Assembly (NCBI GenBank): GCA_029562975.1
Contig: JAKQTR010000016.1
Coordinates: 35,887 to 99,886, forward strand
Origin: Acidobacteriota bacterium
Lineage (GTDB): Bacteria > Acidobacteriota > Vicinamibacteria > Vicinamibacterales > JAKQTR01
Reading direction: 5' to 3'
Length of the DNA stretch: 64,000 bases
The notes beneath the pieces are model-generated. The model was not told the DNA's origin. It made no database searches and saw nothing but the letters and a program-made list of their open reading frames with translations. Each line of letters begins with the position of its first letter. Position 1 is the first letter of the stretch. This document shows, in pieces, positions 18,974-28,585 of this stretch. A program made the translations under genes and the position numbers.

Positions 18974-20730
18974 GTCGCTCCTCCCTCCCGCCCGGGCCAG
19001 ATGCGCCGCAGCAGCCAGGTGCCGGCCGCGAGGCCGCCAGCCAAACCCGCCCCGAACGGCAGCCACCTCGCCACGAAGGCGGCGTTCGTCGCCACGACCA
19101 GGCCGACGCACGCGACCACCCCGAGCAGGCAATCGACCACCAGCTTCGGCCACGACTCCGGCGGGGCGGAAGCCGCGCCCGCGCGCCGCGCGATGTGCGC
19201 CCATCGCCCGGGGGGTCTGCACCTGCGGTAGAACGCCACCAGCGTGTCGTCGGACTCAGCCGGTGTGAGCAGCGTGACGGTCAGAAGCACGGCGACGCTC
19301 GTCAGGAACAGGATGCCCGTCCCCTGCCACAACGGGCGGTGCTCGAAGCCCCACACGAACCACACCAGGATCGACGCCGGCAGCCCGAGGACGATCGCGG
19401 CCAGCTCGCCCCACACGTTGAAACGCCACCAGAAGAAGCGGAGCCACGACAGGGGCAGCAGGAAGACGACCATCGCCGAGTTGATGAAGAGAAACCAGCC
19501 CACCATGCCCTTGACGAACAGGATCGCCACGGTCCCCGCGAACGCGAAGAGCGCGAGCGTCGTCAGGCGGCTGACCACGATCTGACGGCGCCGTGGCGCA
19601 TCGGGCCGCGCCGGCAGGTAGAAATCGTTCACGACGAGGCTGCTGCCCCAATTGATCAGCGAGCTCAGGGTGGACATGAAGGCGGCCGCCTCCGTCGCCA
19701 CGAGCAGCCCCGCCAGGCCGACCGGCAGCGCCGTGACGCGAACCAGCGTGCCCCACGCGTGCGCCGGGTCCGCCAAGGTCGTCATGCCTGCGGGGGCCGG
19801 GCCGATGGCGCCGGCCAGATCGGCGGTCCAGAACAGCGACAGCGCGATCGTGCCCAGCCCGATGAGCGGGATGGTCCGCAGCGACAACGAGAGGAACGCG
19901 TTGAAGAGCTGCCCGCCCATCGCGTGGCGCTCGTTGACGGCGCCCATGAACCGCTGGGCGGTCATCCCTTCGCCCGCCGTCGGCGAACTGGCGTAGAAGA
20001 GCCCCTGCACGACGAGCATCAGCATGGTCAGCAGCGGGATCTGGTCGGTCGGCGGCAGCGGATCCAGGCCGCCGGGCCTGACCGACTCGATGCGGCCGAG
20101 AATCGCCGCCCATCCGCCGAATTGCGGCACCGCCACGGCGAAGAACACGAGGTTGCCGACGAGGAAGACGCCGAACTGCAGCACGTCGGTAAAGACCACC
20201 CCGGCGAGGCCGCCGAACATCGTGTAGGCCACCGTGACGCCGCCGAAGATCAGGAGGATCTGCCACTCGCTCAGGGGCACGAGCGGCGCCACCGTCTTCG
20301 CGAAGAACCCGGTGATGTAGCCGATGATCAGGACCGCGTAGGCGAACAGCAGCACGGCGTACACGCGGCGCGCGGCGGCGGCAGGTCTCCCCCCGTAACG
20401 CAGCGTGATCAGCTCGGCCGTCGTCACGACCTGCAGGCGGCGCCACAGCTTCGCCCAGACGATGGCGACGAGCGGCATCCAGACGACCCAGGCCGTCCAC
20501 CAGAGCCAGTTGCCGGCGAGGCCGAACACCAGGACGAGCATGACGAAGCCGCCGACGCCCGACTGATAGGTGGCGGAGTTGGACAGGCCGATCGCCCACC
20601 ACGGGAGGCTCCGGTTGCCGGTGAAAAAACCCGCCGCACCCTGGCGGGAGGCGGAGCGGGTGAACCAGACGCCGAGGGACAGCGAAGCCGCGCACAGGGC
20701 GGCGACGACGAGCCAGTCGATGCCGGTCAT
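18970..20730 (-). CDS. Sodium:solute symporter (SSS) family transporter
   Basis: Inner ATG at 20730 gives MTGIDWLVVAALCAASLSLGVWFT...FFTGNRSLPWWAIGLS, typical of SSS proteins. About 13 hydrophobic helices. ATGA overlap with the GH84 start. Confidence 0.85.
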   Translation of the reverse strand: MTGIDWLVVAALCAASLSLGVWFTRSASRQGAAGFFTGNRSLPWWAIGLSNSATYQSGVGGFVMLVLVFGLAGNWLWWTAWVVWMPLVAIVWAKLWRRLQVVTTAELITLRYGGRPAAAARRVYAVLLFAYAVLIIGYITGFFAKTVAPLVPLSEWQILLIFGGVTVAYTMFGGLAGVVFTDVLQFGVFLVGNLVFFAVAVPQFGGWAAILGRIESVRPGGLDPLPPTDQIPLLTMLMLVVQGLFYASSPTAGEGMTAQRFMGAVNERHAMGGQLFNAFLSLSLRTIPLIGLGTIALSLFWTADLAGAIGPAPAGMTTLADPAHAWGTLVRVTALPVGLAGLLVATEAAAFMSTLSSLINWGSSLVVNDFYLPARPDAPRRRQIVVSRLTTLALFAFAGTVAILFVKGMVGWFLFINSAMVVFLLPLSWLRFFWWRFNVWGELAAIVLGLPASILVWFVWGFEHRPLWQGTGILFLTSVAVLLTVTLLTPAESDDTLVAFYRRCRPPGRWAHIARRAGAASAPPESWPKLVVDCLLGVVACVGLVVATNAAFVARWLPFGAGLAGGLAAGTWLLRRIWPGREGGAT

Positions 20731-20851
20731 GCGGGAATCCCGACCGGGGGCGCGCTCCGGAGCGGCGAGGCCGCGGTCCCGGGCCGAAGAACCGCCGCTA
20801 GTATATGATGCCCCCCGCCAGGCAGCGAAGGCCTCGCGGGAAGGAGTGCCC

Positions 20852-21814
20852 ATGGACCGCCGCGAGTTCATCACGAGGAGTTCCGCCGCGTCCCTGCTCG
20901 CCTGCTTCCCCGCCTCCCTGGCCGGGATCGAACGGACGTTCGAGGCCGGCAAGCTCGAGCGCCGCGCGCTCGGCCGGACGGGCGAGCGCCTCTCCCTCAT
21001 CGGCTTCGGCGGCATCGTCGTCAAGGACGCGACCACGGCGGAGGCTGCCGCCCGCGTGGCGGAGGCGATCGACCACGGCGTCAACTACTTCGACGTGGCG
21101 CCGACCTACGGCAACGCGCAGGACATGCTCGGGCCCGCGCTGGAGCCGTACCGGAAGGGCGTGTTCCTCGCGTGCAAGACGACGGAGCGAGGCCGGGCGG
21201 GCTCGCAGCGCGAGCTGGACGAGTCGCTGCGCAAGCTCCGGACGGATCGCTTCGATCTCTACCAGCTGCACGCGGTCAACACGCGCGAGGACGTCGAGCG
21301 GGTCTTCATGGCCGACGGGGCGCTCGAGACGCTGGTGGCGGCCAGGAAGGCGGGGAAAGTCCGGTTCCTCGGCTTCTCGGCCCACACGGTCGAAGCGGCA
21401 CTGGCGCTCATCGCGAGGTTCGACTTCGACACGATCCTCTTCCCCGTCAACTTCGCGACGTGGCACGCCGGGAGCTTCGGGCCGCAGGTGCTCGCCGCGG
21501 CGCAGGCGAAGCAGATGGGCATCCTCGCGCTCAAGGCCATGGCGAAAGGCCCCTGGCCCGCCGGCGCGAAGCGGGATCAGTACCCGAAGTGCTGGTACGA
21601 GCCGCTGTCGGACCCGGCCGACGCGACGATGGGCCTGCGCTTCACGCTGTCGCACCCGGTTACGGCCGCGGTGCCGCCGGGCGACGAGCGCCTGTTCAAG
21701 ATGGCCCTCGGGCTCGGGCTGCGCTTCACGCCGCTCGCGGCACAGGACGCGGCCGCGATCAAGGAGCGGGGCCAGAAGACCACGCCGCTCTTCACGCACC
21801 CGAGCTGGACCTAG
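20852..21814 (+). CDS. Aldo/keto reductase with twin-arginine signal
   Basis: Inner ATG at 20852 follows GGAAGGAG. Tat motif MDRREFITRSSAASLLAC. AKR body with LGRTGERLSLIGFGG, NYFDVAPTYGNAQ, DLYQLHAV and LGFSAH. Confidence 0.9.
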   Translation: MDRREFITRSSAASLLACFPASLAGIERTFEAGKLERRALGRTGERLSLIGFGGIVVKDATTAEAAARVAEAIDHGVNYFDVAPTYGNAQDMLGPALEPYRKGVFLACKTTERGRAGSQRELDESLRKLRTDRFDLYQLHAVNTREDVERVFMADGALETLVAARKAGKVRFLGFSAHTVEAALALIARFDFDTILFPVNFATWHAGSFGPQVLAAAQAKQMGILALKAMAKGPWPAGAKRDQYPKCWYEPLSDPADATMGLRFTLSHPVTAAVPPGDERLFKMALGLGLRFTPLAAQDAAAIKERGQKTTPLFTHPSWT

Positions 21815-21845
21815 CACGGGGCCGGACGGGCCGCCCGCCCGGCCG

Positions 21846-24512
21846 TCAGCGGTCGATGCCGAACCAGTAGCTCAGCTTGACCAGGAACACGTTGTCGGGG
21901 CGCGCGGTGAACCAGCGCTTCGCGTCGGCCCCGAAGTCGAAGGTCCCGTCGGGCGCGCGGTCGCGGCGCTGCTGCGTCCACACGACGAAGAGCGAGGACC
22001 CGGGCCGGAACTCCCAGCGGAAGATGGCGTTTGCCTTGAGCGACCGCAGGTTGAAGTCGGGCTTGGCGATCGAAAAGGGGCTCGCGCCGCCGGCGCCGTC
22101 GGGATCGATCGTGTAGCGCGAGCCCGCGTCGACAATCGAGCCCGCGTCCTCCCCGTACCGCACGAAGTCGAACGTGCGCGGCGCGTACACCTCCTTGATG
22201 GCGCCGTAGTCCGCCGCCGACACGAGCGGCTGCAGGTACACCTGCAGCGAGGTCCGCGGCGACGCAACGAGGTTGACCCGCGTCGTGATCGACACCTGCG
22301 CCTGTCGCATCTCGCCGAACACGTAGCGCGCCCCGAACGTGCGCGTGGCCAGCGCATCGGGCACGGTGGCCAGATACTGGGCCGCCACGATGCTGTGCGT
22401 GATGGCCGGACCGGCCGTCACCGTCAGCGCGGGGGCCGGGCGCCAGACAAGCTGCAGCTCCGACGCGTGCGACTCGGCGTCGTACTCCCGGTCCGTGAAG
22501 GCGTAGGCGGCCGAGAAGGCCAGGCGCCGCCGGGTGTCGCTGGACGTGGACACCGTCACGCCGCGGTTGCCGGGCCGGATGACCGTCGGGCCTCCCCGGG
22601 TCAGCTTGTCGTCCCAGACCCGCTTCGCGTACGAGAGCAGCACGGACGACCGCCAGAAGTTCCGGAACTGGACGCTCGCTGAGGACTGCCAGCCGTCGCC
22701 CTGCGACTCGTTGCCGTAGTTCCACGTCCACCACTTCGCCAGCCAGACGTACCGCTCCCGGGACCATCGCGCCGGCGTGAGCTTGCGCCACTGCACCATC
22801 GCGTGCGCCCCGGCGCGATCCGTCTGGGTCGAGTAGCCGGCGTCATTGACCTCGAGCCCGGGGCTCATGCCCCAGATGCCGACGTTCACCGTCACGTTGC
22901 CGCTGTTGCGGTTGACATTGGCCTGGCCCGTCCATCCGGACATGCTCGTCGCCTCGGGATGGAGCCGCACGTGGGGCGCGTCGGGCCGCTGGTTGTAGCG
23001 CTGCTCCGCCTTCTGCAGGCGCATGATGGCCGACGTCGAGCCGTGCACCCAGGAGCCGGCGATCCCGCCGTGCACGACCCAGTTTCGCCCGTGGTCGAGG
23101 AACAGGTGCCCGTCCACGCCGAGCATCACCGCCCGATCCGTGAGGACCGAGGCCAGCGCGGGATCGCCCAGGTTGCGCACGACGGAGGTGCCGAGCACGC
23201 CCAGGCCCGCCCGCCTCCCCAGCTCGCGCTGCGCGCGGAAGACGGCGTAGTTCGTCAGCGGCTCGACCTCCGGCCGCGTGGTCGTCAGGCCGTCGGAGAC
23301 GCGGGCGCGCTCGCGGCCGGTGACGGCCTCGAGGGCGCCGAGGGTCCACCCGCCGGCCGTGCGGCCGATGAGCTTGGCCGCGCCGAGGATGGTGGTGTTG
23401 GCGGGCGCGTCCACGTAGGGGCCGACGGCCGCGATCTGCGGCGCCCTGCCGATGCGCCGGCTGTAGAACAGCGTCGGCTCGGGGCGAAAGAACCCCACCT
23501 GCGCGCTGGCGCCGCTCTTGCCGAAGTTGCGGAACACGCTGGCGCCCTCGGTGAAGAACGGCCGCCGCTCCTCGAAGAACGTCTCGAACTGCGTCAGGTT
23601 GACGACGGCCGGGTCGACCTCGACCTGGCCGAAGTCCGGGTTGAACGCGGCGTCGAGCGTCAGGCTGCTCGAGACGCCGTACTTGAGGTCGAGGCCCCCG
23701 GAGGCAAACCCGCGCGAGCCGTCGTTGAACGGCGTGCCCGCGGACGATGGTGCGATGAACTCGGCGCGGCCCGTCACGTAGGGCATCAGCTGCAGGGTCG
23801 AGGGAGGGTCGATGCCGGCGATGCCTTCGAGGCGCGCCATGCGCGAGGCGAGCCCGGATTCGTTCTTGGGCACGAGCTGCAGCCAGTCGCTCTCGTTGCG
23901 CCGCTGCAGGATCCGCTGGACGTTGATGCCCCACGTGTAGCGCTCGGCGCGGGGAAAGCGCAGCTGGGACAGCGGGATGCGCAGTTCCACCGTCCAGCCG
24001 CCGGGGCCGACGGCGACGGCCGACTCCCAGACGGCGTCCCAGGAGGGGTCGAGGTAGGTGTCGTTGTAGATCAGGGCGTCGCGCTGCACGCCCGCGGCCG
24101 ACACCGCGAACTGCGCGCCCGTCAGCTTGTCGTCGTGGGGATCCAGGTACAGGACGAAGCCGTCGGCCTCCACCGCTGCGTCACGCCGCGACAGCTGGCG
24201 CACGATGGCGCCCGGCTCGCGATCCCGCAGGTCGCCGGCCACGTACAGCGCGCGATCATCGAACGCGATGCGCACGCTCGTCTCCTCGGTGGCGGGAGCG
24301 CCTTCCTGCGGGTCCCGCTGCAGGAAGCCCGACACGGGCACCGCCCGGGCCCACACCGGGTCGTCGAGCCGCCCGTCGATGGTGGGGGGCGCGTCGGCCC
24401 GCACGGCGATCACCGTCCGGACGGGCGCCTCCCCTTGGGCGAGTGACGCCGCGGGGGCGAGCAGCAGAAACGCCAGCGCCGTCACGGACGGCGCCGCTTC
24501 GCGACGGCGCAT
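21846..24512 (-). CDS. DUF5916 / CBM9-like carbohydrate-binding outer-membrane-type protein
   Basis: Track ORF of 888 aa with signal peptide LAFLLLAPAASLAQGE. N-terminal PTIDGRLDDPVWARA is CBM9-like. A long beta-rich C-terminal region ends in LVKLSYWFGIDR. Confidence 0.8.
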   Translation of the reverse strand: MRRREAAPSVTALAFLLLAPAASLAQGEAPVRTVIAVRADAPPTIDGRLDDPVWARAVPVSGFLQRDPQEGAPATEETSVRIAFDDRALYVAGDLRDREPGAIVRQLSRRDAAVEADGFVLYLDPHDDKLTGAQFAVSAAGVQRDALIYNDTYLDPSWDAVWESAVAVGPGGWTVELRIPLSQLRFPRAERYTWGINVQRILQRRNESDWLQLVPKNESGLASRMARLEGIAGIDPPSTLQLMPYVTGRAEFIAPSSAGTPFNDGSRGFASGGLDLKYGVSSSLTLDAAFNPDFGQVEVDPAVVNLTQFETFFEERRPFFTEGASVFRNFGKSGASAQVGFFRPEPTLFYSRRIGRAPQIAAVGPYVDAPANTTILGAAKLIGRTAGGWTLGALEAVTGRERARVSDGLTTTRPEVEPLTNYAVFRAQRELGRRAGLGVLGTSVVRNLGDPALASVLTDRAVMLGVDGHLFLDHGRNWVVHGGIAGSWVHGSTSAIMRLQKAEQRYNQRPDAPHVRLHPEATSMSGWTGQANVNRNSGNVTVNVGIWGMSPGLEVNDAGYSTQTDRAGAHAMVQWRKLTPARWSRERYVWLAKWWTWNYGNESQGDGWQSSASVQFRNFWRSSVLLSYAKRVWDDKLTRGGPTVIRPGNRGVTVSTSSDTRRRLAFSAAYAFTDREYDAESHASELQLVWRPAPALTVTAGPAITHSIVAAQYLATVPDALATRTFGARYVFGEMRQAQVSITTRVNLVASPRTSLQVYLQPLVSAADYGAIKEVYAPRTFDFVRYGEDAGSIVDAGSRYTIDPDGAGGASPFSIAKPDFNLRSLKANAIFRWEFRPGSSLFVVWTQQRRDRAPDGTFDFGADAKRWFTARPDNVFLVKLSYWFGIDR

Positions 24513-24531
24513 GCCGCAGACTCCCTTCAGC

Positions 24532-25935
24532 TCAGATCGCCGCTCGAGCTGCGGCGAAAGGCCACCGTCTGGTCCACCGGGACCATCCGAAAAAGCCCGC
24601 CACGCCGGCGAGGAGCGTGCCGAGGCCGAACGCGATCACCTGCCAGCCCGACGTGGCGAACAGGAAGATCCAGCCGAACAAGGCCACGAGGTTCGGCAGC
24701 GGGTACAGCCACACGCGGAACGGCCGCACCATGTCCGGCGCGTTCCGCCGCAGCAGCGTCAGCGCGACGATCTGGCCGATGAACTGCACCAGGATCCGGG
24801 TCGTGATCAGCGCGTCAATCACCATGCCGAGCGACAGGGCGCTGGCCGCAATCGCGATGATCCCGATGAGCAGCAGCGACACGTGCGGGATGCGCTTGAC
24901 CGGGTGTAGCCGCGCAAACACGCGGAAGAACGTCCCGTCGGCGGCCGCCGCGTAGGGGATCCGCGAATAGCCGAGCAGCAGCGCGAACACCGAGCCGAAC
25001 GCGGTCCACAGCACGAGCGCGGTGAAGAGCGTGGCCACGCGCGACCCGTAGACCCGCTCCATGAAGCTCGAGACGAGGAAGTCGGACTCCGGGTGCGCGG
25101 CGGCCGGCACGAACTCGCGCCACGGCACCACGCCCAGGATCGCCAGGTTGATCCCGATGTAGATGACCGCCACCGCCACCACGCTGATCAGGATCGACCG
25201 GGGGATCACCCGCCCCGGGTCCTTCACCTCGTCGCCGATGTAGGCGACGTTGTAGTAGCCCAGGTAGTCGTAGACGCCGACGCGCGAGGCGGCCCCCAGC
25301 CCGACGAGGAATCCCACCGACAGCGACAGCCCGCCCGGCGGCACGTCGAAGGCTAGGGCCGGATCGAAGTGCAGGGCGCCGGTGACGATGACCGCGAGGG
25401 TCGTCAGGAGGGTGCCGACCCACAGACTGACGGTGAGCTTGCCGATCGATCCGATCTGCCGGTACAGGAGCGCGATGTTGAGGACGCCGACGCTCATGGC
25501 CACCACGACGGCGCCGCCCTGCGACAGGTCCGGCCACACGTAGCGGAGGTACCGCGAGAAGCCGATGTAGCCGGAGGCGATCTCGAGGGGGCCGCTCAGG
25601 ACGAACTGCCAAATGAACAGGAACGCGACCAGCCGGCCCCATCGCTCGGCGCCGAAGCCGTCCCGGAGGTAGCGGTACGACCCGCCCGAGCCTGGCATCG
25701 CGGCGCCGAGTTCGCTCCACACCAGGCCGTCGGCGACGACAATGACGAGCGCCGCGAGCCAGCCGACGAGCGCCTGCGGCCCGCCGAGGGCCGTCATCAG
25801 CAGCGGGATCGTGATGAAGGGCCCGATGCCGATCATGTTCGACATGTTCAGCGCCGTGGCCTGGAGCAGGCCGAAGCGCCGCACGAGCGTGGGCGCCTGC
25901 GAGGACGCGGGCGCCCCGGCCGGGATGTCGCTCAC
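24532..25935 (-). CDS. APC superfamily amino acid/polyamine permease
   Basis: Track ORF of 467 aa with a GTG start. LLQATALNMSNMIGIGPFITIP and GSGGSYRYLRDGFG are typical of the APC family. Twelve hydrophobic segments. Confidence 0.9.
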   Translation of the reverse strand: MSDIPAGAPASSQAPTLVRRFGLLQATALNMSNMIGIGPFITIPLLMTALGGPQALVGWLAALVIVVADGLVWSELGAAMPGSGGSYRYLRDGFGAERWGRLVAFLFIWQFVLSGPLEIASGYIGFSRYLRYVWPDLSQGGAVVVAMSVGVLNIALLYRQIGSIGKLTVSLWVGTLLTTLAVIVTGALHFDPALAFDVPPGGLSLSVGFLVGLGAASRVGVYDYLGYYNVAYIGDEVKDPGRVIPRSILISVVAVAVIYIGINLAILGVVPWREFVPAAAHPESDFLVSSFMERVYGSRVATLFTALVLWTAFGSVFALLLGYSRIPYAAAADGTFFRVFARLHPVKRIPHVSLLLIGIIAIAASALSLGMVIDALITTRILVQFIGQIVALTLLRRNAPDMVRPFRVWLYPLPNLVALFGWIFLFATSGWQVIAFGLGTLLAGVAGFFGWSRWTRRWPFAAARAAI

Positions 25936-25942
25936 GACGCGG

Positions 25943-26866
25943 CTACCTGGGCAGGAACGGGAACAGCCTCAGAATCTCGGCCTGGCTCGGCCGCCGGCCG
26001 TACTCGCAGATCTCGAACGCCTCCGCATGCTGCACCCTGGCGCCCGCCTCGGGCCCGTAGTACTTGACCAGCGCCTCGCGCGTCGCGGGACTAATGCGCC
26101 CCTCGCGCTGCTTCGCCAGCATCTGCCGACGCGCGGCGGGATCCTTCGGCACCTGATCCAGCCGGCCCGCGTGCCATGGCAGCCATTCGTAGACCTGCGA
26201 GACGTGCGCGTCGAGCATGTCGATCTTCTTCTGGAACGTGTCGTCGATCGACACCGCCACGTCCGGCGTGAAGGGGTTCGGCTTCTGGAAGCCGTCTTCG
26301 ACGTACATGAACACCGGGTTCTCGCGCAGGGACGGCGTGTCGGGCGCCACGTTGGGAACGGTCACCATGAAGGCGGCATCCTGCAGCAGGATGCCCGTGT
26401 AGCGGTGGTCGGGATGATAGTCGTTCGGGCGGGGCCCGAGGACGAGGTCGGCCTTCCACTGGCGGATGAGACGGATGACCTGCTCGCGCACCCTGAGGTC
26501 CGGCATCAGCTCGCCGTCGTGGTTGTCGAGCACGATGTACTCGACACCGATGCGGCGGCCCGCCTCTTGCGCCTCGGCCCTTCGCCGCGCGCCCAGCGCG
26601 CCGCCGCCCTCCGACTGGTGGCCCGCGTCGCCGTTGGTCATCGACACGAACCGGACCCGGTGACCTGCGGCCACCCACTTGGCGGCCGTGCCGCCGGCCC
26701 GGATGTCGCAGTCGTCGGGGTGGGCGCCGAAGACGATGATGTTGAGCGGGGCCGCAGGCGCGGCCGCCGCCTGGCCGCCTTGCCCGGGAGCGGCCGCAAG
26801 GTAGGCGCCTGTCGAAGCAAGCGCGAGCACGAGACCGGCGATCCAAAGACGGCGATCAGCGCGCAT
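25943..26866 (-). CDS. PIG-L/LmbE family deacetylase, secreted
   Basis: Only the last 307 codons of track ORF 25943..28870 are credible. ATG at 26866 follows CAGGAGGTCA. Signal peptide LWIAGLVLALAS. PIG-L motif FGAHPDDCDIRAGGT and HPDH. Confidence 0.85.
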   Translation of the reverse strand: MRADRRLWIAGLVLALASTGAYLAAAPGQGGQAAAAPAAPLNIIVFGAHPDDCDIRAGGTAAKWVAAGHRVRFVSMTNGDAGHQSEGGGALGARRRAEAQEAGRRIGVEYIVLDNHDGELMPDLRVREQVIRLIRQWKADLVLGPRPNDYHPDHRYTGILLQDAAFMVTVPNVAPDTPSLRENPVFMYVEDGFQKPNPFTPDVAVSIDDTFQKKIDMLDAHVSQVYEWLPWHAGRLDQVPKDPAARRQMLAKQREGRISPATREALVKYYGPEAGARVQHAEAFEICEYGRRPSQAEILRLFPFLPR

Positions 26867-27049
26867 GGGATGACCTCCTGTGAGCCGGGCGCGCGAGTCG
26901 GCGCGCGCCGGGAGGGGCGGTTTCTGGATTCTATCCGGGATTGGCGCGCCGCGGGCCTGGAATCGCCTCCGCCCGCTCCGGTCCGGGGCCTGCGCGGGCG
27001 GGGCGGCGCGCTTCGGGCGATCGCATGCGGCATCCGGCGGACTTTGGCG

Positions 27050-27055
27050 TAGACT
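27050..27055 (+). promoter_or_regulatory. -10-like hexamer TAGACT, 6 nt upstream of the SSS transporter GTG (leaderless candidate)
   Basis: TAGACT at 27050-27055 and GTG at 27062, with no SD between them. Confidence 0.3.
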
Positions 27056-27061
27056 GCCTCG

Positions 27062-28585
27062 GTGACCGGCGCCGCTCCGAGCTCCTCGCACTTCACGCCT
27101 CTCGATCTCGTCGTCGTCGCCGCCTACTTCGCGGGCACGATGGCCGCGGGCTTCGCGTTCTCGCGCAGGAGCCGCTCGGTCGAGGGCTTCACCGCGGCGG
27201 ACCGCAGCCTGCCGGGCTGGCTGACCGGCCTCTCGATCCTCGGCACGTACATCAGCAGCATCACGTTCCTCGCGCTGCCCGCGAAGGCGTACGCGGCAAA
27301 CTGGAACACGTTCGTGTTCAGCCTTTCGATCCCCCTGGCCGCGTGGATCGCGGTGACGTGGTTCCTGCCCTTCTACCGCCACGCGCGCCGCGTCTCGGCG
27401 TACGAGCACCTCGAGGAGCGTTTCGGCCCCTGGGCCCGCGTCTACACGAGCCTGTGCTACCTGCTGACGCAGCTCGCCCGGATGGGCACGGTCATGTACC
27501 TCATGGCGCTGCCGATGAGCGTCCTGCTCGGCTGGGACGTGCGCGCCATCATCCTGATCACCGGCGCGTCGGTCACGCTCTACGCCCTCGTCGGCGGCAT
27601 CGTCGCCGTCATCTACACCGACGCCTTCCAGACGCTGGTGCTCATGGCCGGCGCGCTGGTCTGCGCGGCCGTGATGGTCGCCGGCCTGCCCGGCGGGGCC
27701 GGCGGGCTGCTCCGGCTCGCCGAGGCGCACGACAAGTTCAGCCTGGGCAGCTTCGGACCCGCGCTGACCGAGCCGACGTTCTGGGTCGTGCTGCTCTACG
27801 GGCTCGTGATCAACCTCCAGAACTTCGGGATCGACCAGAACTACGTCCAGCGGTACATCGCCTCGAAGTCCGACCGGGAGGCGCGCAAGAGCGTCTGGAT
27901 CGGCGGCCTCACCTACGTGCCGCTCTCGGCGCTGTTCCTGTTCATCGGCACGGCCCTCTTCGCCTACTACACGGCCCGCCCCGACGAGCTGCCCCTCGCC
28001 TACCGCGGCGCTGCGAAGGCCGACTCCGTGTTCCCGTGGTTCATCGTGGCCGTCCTGCCGCCCGGGATCACCGGCCTGCTCATCGCGGCGATTTTCGCGG
28101 CGGCCATGAGCACCGTCTCCACCAGCCTGAACTCGTCGGCGACGATCATCCTGAACGACTACTACCGGCGCTTCGTCGCGCCGGACACGACGGAGGCGCG
28201 GTCGCTGCGGCTCCTCCGGGCCACGACGGTCGCGTGGGGCGCCGCCGGGACGCTCGCGGCGCTCGCCATGACGACGGTGCGCAGCGCGCTCGACGCGTGG
28301 TGGGCGCTCGCCGGCATCTTCGGCGGCGGGACGCTGGGGCTGTTCCTGCTGGGGTTCGTGTCGCGCCGCGCGGACAACCGCTCCGCCGGCGCCGGCGTCG
28401 CCGCCGGCGTCGCCCTGATCGTGTGGATGACCCTGTCGCCGCGCTCGACGGCCCTGCCGCCCGCATGGCGGAGCCCCTTCCACGAGTTCCTCATCATCGT
28501 CTTCGGCACCGCGTGCATCCTCGCCGTCGGGCTCGCGCTCGGCCGGCGCCGGGCGGCGCCGTCTTCCACGGAGAACCATCGATGA
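27062..28585 (+). CDS. Sodium:solute symporter (SSS) family transporter
   Basis: Track ORF of 507 aa with a GTG start. LDLVVVAAYFAGTMAAGF, ADRSLPGWLTGLSILGTYISSITFLALPA and NYVQRYIASKS are SSS-typical. ATGA overlap with the next gene. Confidence 0.9.
   Translation: MTGAAPSSSHFTPLDLVVVAAYFAGTMAAGFAFSRRSRSVEGFTAADRSLPGWLTGLSILGTYISSITFLALPAKAYAANWNTFVFSLSIPLAAWIAVTWFLPFYRHARRVSAYEHLEERFGPWARVYTSLCYLLTQLARMGTVMYLMALPMSVLLGWDVRAIILITGASVTLYALVGGIVAVIYTDAFQTLVLMAGALVCAAVMVAGLPGGAGGLLRLAEAHDKFSLGSFGPALTEPTFWVVLLYGLVINLQNFGIDQNYVQRYIASKSDREARKSVWIGGLTYVPLSALFLFIGTALFAYYTARPDELPLAYRGAAKADSVFPWFIVAVLPPGITGLLIAAIFAAAMSTVSTSLNSSATIILNDYYRRFVAPDTTEARSLRLLRATTVAWGAAGTLAALAMTTVRSALDAWWALAGIFGGGTLGLFLLGFVSRRADNRSAGAGVAAGVALIVWMTLSPRSTALPPAWRSPFHEFLIIVFGTACILAVGLALGRRRAAPSSTENHR

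Noticed and set aside
13151-19231. A 2026-aa plus-strand ORF, the longest in the track.
   Set aside because: It is exactly codon-aligned antisense to five minus-strand genes. Their starts (13741, 14974, 16402, 17200, 18973) all lie a multiple of 3 from position 13153, so the five genes share one frame. Stops on this antisense frame require sense codons TTA, CTA or TCA, which are rare at high GC3. The translation is R/G/P/D/E/A-rich with no recognisable domain. The same-frame run of five genes is about a 1-in-81 coincidence, which I treat as chance.
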